Assembly (NCBI GenBank): GCA_028866935.1
Contig: JAGWHH010000003.1
Coordinates: 1-39,220 of the forward strand
Direction: 5' to 3'
Source of the DNA: Candidatus Micrarchaeota archaeon
Lineage (GTDB): Archaea > Micrarchaeota > Micrarchaeia > Micrarchaeales > CABMGC01
DNA length: 39,220 nucleotides
The notes under the pieces were generated by a model that saw nothing but the letters and a program-made list of their open reading frames with translations, made no database searches and was not told the DNA's origin. Shown here piece by piece: positions 37,401 to 39,220 of the stretch. The first letter of the stretch is position 1. Each line of letters starts with the position of its first letter. Both the position numbers and the translations under genes were made by a program.

Positions 37401-37841
37401 AGTCCCTCCTGCGCCTCTTATCGGTCCTGCATACATCACGGCTATGTAGTCGGTGCCGTCAGGGTTCTTATATCTTCTGATCCCGCTTATTCCTTCCGTG
37501 GGCGCTACAAGTACTCCATCAGTGAGTATTGCAGACCCTACCCTGACTGCAACCTCTATGCGCTTGATTGTCTCATAACTGTCGAATTTGCCGTTCTTAC
37601 AAATCTCCTCCACTACACTGAAGGCTAGACGGCTCTTTGATTGATGCTTGTCAAGGTTTCGTATGACTGCAGCTATCCCCTCTATATTTATGAGTCCCTC
37701 CACCCTACTTGCAAGGTCCGGGGCAGGATAGATCTCAACATACTCCTTTGGGTCAAGCCCTTTTGATCTCGCAGACTTCGCAACGCTATAGGCAGACTCA
37801 AATTCCTCAGACAATTTACTGAAATATTCGTTATTATCCAA
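34401..37841 (-). CDS. polC: DNA polymerase D large subunit DP2
   Basis: AGPIRGAGGT, GGFRLRYGR, FKDGT.RFD, RRNCDGDED and Zn-finger motifs. Likely TTG start at 37841 just after the DP1 stop (the track start at 37970 overlaps DP1). No intein. Confidence 0.96.
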   Translation of the reverse strand: MDNNEYFSKLSEEFESAYSVAKSARSKGLDPKEYVEIYPAPDLASRVEGLINIEGIAAVIRNLDKHQSKSRLAFSVVEEICKNGKFDSYETIKRIEVAVRVGSAILTDGVLVAPTEGISGIRRYKNPDGTDYIAVMYAGPIRGAGGTAAAQSVALADYARRIFDIGQYKASFDEIERYVEEAELYHSRAARLQYKPPDDDLRVIVSNCPVCVDGVPTENTLEVGVHANLKRTTYDGKEVPITNKVRGGVPLVLCEGIAQKAKKLVKEVKAVGLDWDWLNNIIKVDVKKADKNAAPQSTFLDELVAGRPILAYPNQVGGFRLRYGRSRFTGIAAKGFSPATMILTMGFIAVGTQLKMESAGKGCVASPVDSLEGPFVLLKNGNALRINDAQTAMKYKDQVAKIISIGDILITYGDFKKSNSQLKPTSYVEEYWEAQLKSAGYDKGFDNAIGFDDAYKLSLVYKVPIHPKYLYEFQAVTREDIQSLALELIRNSKITAKNLYEVGEVSIDRKSDIKRTLELLNVPHNVTDNKLVLESDYAKSLIASLGFACGEEGLLNVSELVVDKYQSENPEALALVNKVSPFKIPRRSTYIAARIGRPEKAKERLMKPAPNVLFPISAYGGKDRNITNAYLTGSKKFKSEISIDIANYRCANCKRLVQSEYCYDCGRRAYIERSCPTCGRITVVLNCPVCKTETIAYSKRDIDIVKLVSDANKRLGNGKMPTVIKGVRGMTNKDKLVEPIEKGMIRADNGVYIFKDGTARFDATDVPITHFYPEEMGVSLQKLRELGYTHDCLGNELKDTGQLVEMRHQDVILNVRGADYMLKVCKSVDQMLEKVYGLEPFYNAKSPEDLLGKLVITLSPHTSCGVLNRVIGFSRANVGFAHPYTISARRRNCDGDEDTTMLLLDALINFSRDYLPQTVGGTMDTPLILTINVKPEEVDDEVHVMETVEGYGVEFYDKTMNYPSPSEVKVGLVEDRLGTDQVYRNLGFTHGSSPHAVMDSPKRSTYTTLKTMQEKLDAEFQLMEMIEAVDIRDAARKVIMSHFIPDLIGNLHSFSRQIFRCSNCNAKYRRVPLSGVCQRDGGKLLLTISKGSIEKYLDVAINLADKYQLDNYIRQRLDLIKSEINDIFVVNYGIEDDNQFSLKKFM

Positions 37842-37849
37842 GTAACCGC

Positions 37850-39220
37850 CTAAGTCTGCATATTGAAGTCCATCTGCTGGAACTTCATGCTCTTCGTTTC
37901 GTATATTGGAAGAATTGCAGGAGTAGGCACATGCCCCATCCTGACTTGGAAAGAGGTTCTGCCCTGCCATGTTCCGCTGTTTACTATCAGGGTGCCGTGG
38001 TGCTCTGCAGATCCGTTCTTATGCAGATGGCCCATATGCAGTATATCTGGCACTTGATCTATTACCATAGAGTCCCCTTTTCCAGGAACTATTGGATTAT
38101 CCCCGTATATCGGTGACAGATGCCTTCTCTTAAGTACTTCGAGCATTGCAGTCTCTGGCTTGGAGTAGCTGCATCCAGGTATGCCTTGTATTATGGAGTC
38201 AAGTGACGTTCCATGATACCCCAAGACCTGCAGGCCATTAATGTTAATGTACCCAGGATTTGTTACTAGGTGTATATTTTGAAGGTGCCTGAAGTCTTTA
38301 TAGAACCCCTCAGGAAGCTGCGGCTGGGGTTCAGCTCTCTGGACTCCGTCATGGTTTCCAGTGATAAGGAATATCTCTATATAGTCCGGCACTTTCGAAA
38401 AGAGGTTAAAGAGCTCGTTGTACTGCTTGTATATGTCATCAATTGCAAGTTCCTTCTGCTGATCCGGATAAACCCCTATTCCATCAACCAGGTCCCCACT
38501 CACAGTTATGTACTTTATCTTCTGTGCCAGGTCTTTTCTGTAATCAAGGCCCCCATTTACCCATTCAATGAACCTTAGAAACTGTTTTTCCATGAAGAGC
38601 TTGCTGCCTACGTGCACATCAGACATGAATGCAATCGCCACATCCTCCTCTGTTGCCTTCCTGTTATGTACCGGTATGTCCGGATAGACCAGCTCGCTGG
38701 CTATTAAAAGTGAACCAGACAGCTTGCCTCTTACTGCAATTACTTCATCCACTATTATCCTGTTGGAATTTTCGAAAAGAGAATTTGCGATACGCTTATC
38801 CTGCTTTGCAAATAGTATCTTGGCCGAGCCCGTCTCGTCCTCAAGCGTGATAAGTACATGTCCATTCTTTGTAATGATCTTGTCATAAACCATGCCAACT
38901 ACCGTAACTTCCTTCCCGCTCGCATACTGCTTTATGGCATCAATGCTCTTTACAAGCCCTGACATCCTGCTGCCACGCCCCTCTTGCAAGAAGCCCCTAA
39001 TCTTCTGCAGCCTGTCATTGAAATAGTGGGTGAAATCAAGCACAGTGCCAACTGTTTTGTGCACTTCAACATTTCTGATCTTAAACTCAGAAGGAATATC
39101 CTTGCCCAGCGGCTTGAAATCTGGCGCCTTTATTATCTCCACTTTAGGCGCTGCTACAACCCTCTTCTCATCAATTATTTTTACGAGCAGATCCTTGGTC
39201 AAAAGGCCCGGCCTGTCACT
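37850..39220 (-). CDS. polB: DNA polymerase D small subunit DP1 (5' end likely beyond the window)
   Basis: OB fold plus calcineurin-like motifs SDVHVGS, GDLVDG, GNHD, YHG and GHLH. The frame stays open to the window end. Confidence 0.95.
   Translation of the reverse strand, partial: SDRPGLLTKDLLVKIIDEKRVVAAPKVEIIKAPDFKPLGKDIPSEFKIRNVEVHKTVGTVLDFTHYFNDRLQKIRGFLQEGRGSRMSGLVKSIDAIKQYASGKEVTVVGMVYDKIITKNGHVLITLEDETGSAKILFAKQDKRIANSLFENSNRIIVDEVIAVRGKLSGSLLIASELVYPDIPVHNRKATEEDVAIAFMSDVHVGSKLFMEKQFLRFIEWVNGGLDYRKDLAQKIKYITVSGDLVDGIGVYPDQQKELAIDDIYKQYNELFNLFSKVPDYIEIFLITGNHDGVQRAEPQPQLPEGFYKDFRHLQNIHLVTNPGYININGLQVLGYHGTSLDSIIQGIPGCSYSKPETAMLEVLKRRHLSPIYGDNPIVPGKGDSMVIDQVPDILHMGHLHKNGSAEHHGTLIVNSGTWQGRTSFQVRMGHVPTPAILPIYETKSMKFQQMDFNMQT

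Noticed and set aside
37842-37970. N-terminal 43 aa of the DP2 ORF as given in the track
   Set aside because: It overlaps the DP1 3' end; TTG at 37841, right after the DP1 stop, is a more plausible start.
1-39220. CRISPR arrays, IS elements, integrases, inteins in MCM or DP2
   Set aside because: No regularly spaced repeats, transposase or integrase motifs were seen, and protein lengths and motifs are uninterrupted.

Overview
A 39 kb stretch of archaeal chromosome, most consistent with a DPANN archaeon of the Micrarchaeota (ARMAN) type. The assignment rests on a three-unit epsilon2-like tRNA splicing endonuclease, a T-loop tRNA intron, dense gene packing and GGTGA ribosome-binding sites. Most of the window is housekeeping: taw1, endA, dcd/tmk, prepilin peptidase, rpoD-tRNA-Leu-L18e-L13-S9-rpoN-tRNA-Pro-rpoK-S2, metG, mcm, presenilin, trx, hisS, GGR, aglB, ribL, thermosome, adk-DUF106-L34e-cmk-L14e and PolD DP1/DP2. 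There are three tRNAs and several interspersed orphan ORFs. No CRISPR array, transposase or integrase was seen. The most unusual signals are: (1) an orphan gene (9437-10054) whose 3' 100 nt look like a diversity-generating-retroelement (DGR) variable region, with no RT or template repeat seen in the window; (2) two unannotated, highly paired intergenic elements of similar branched topology (5550-5687 behind tRNA-Glu; 6706-6831 upstream of a winged-helix gene); (3) a tRNA-Pro with an AGG anticodon, a 59/60 BHB intron and a possible extra acceptor pair; (4) a catalytically degenerate CheD-like protein, a strongly diverged RpoK and a bacterial-type MetRS. All family calls come from motif recognition by eye, not database searches.
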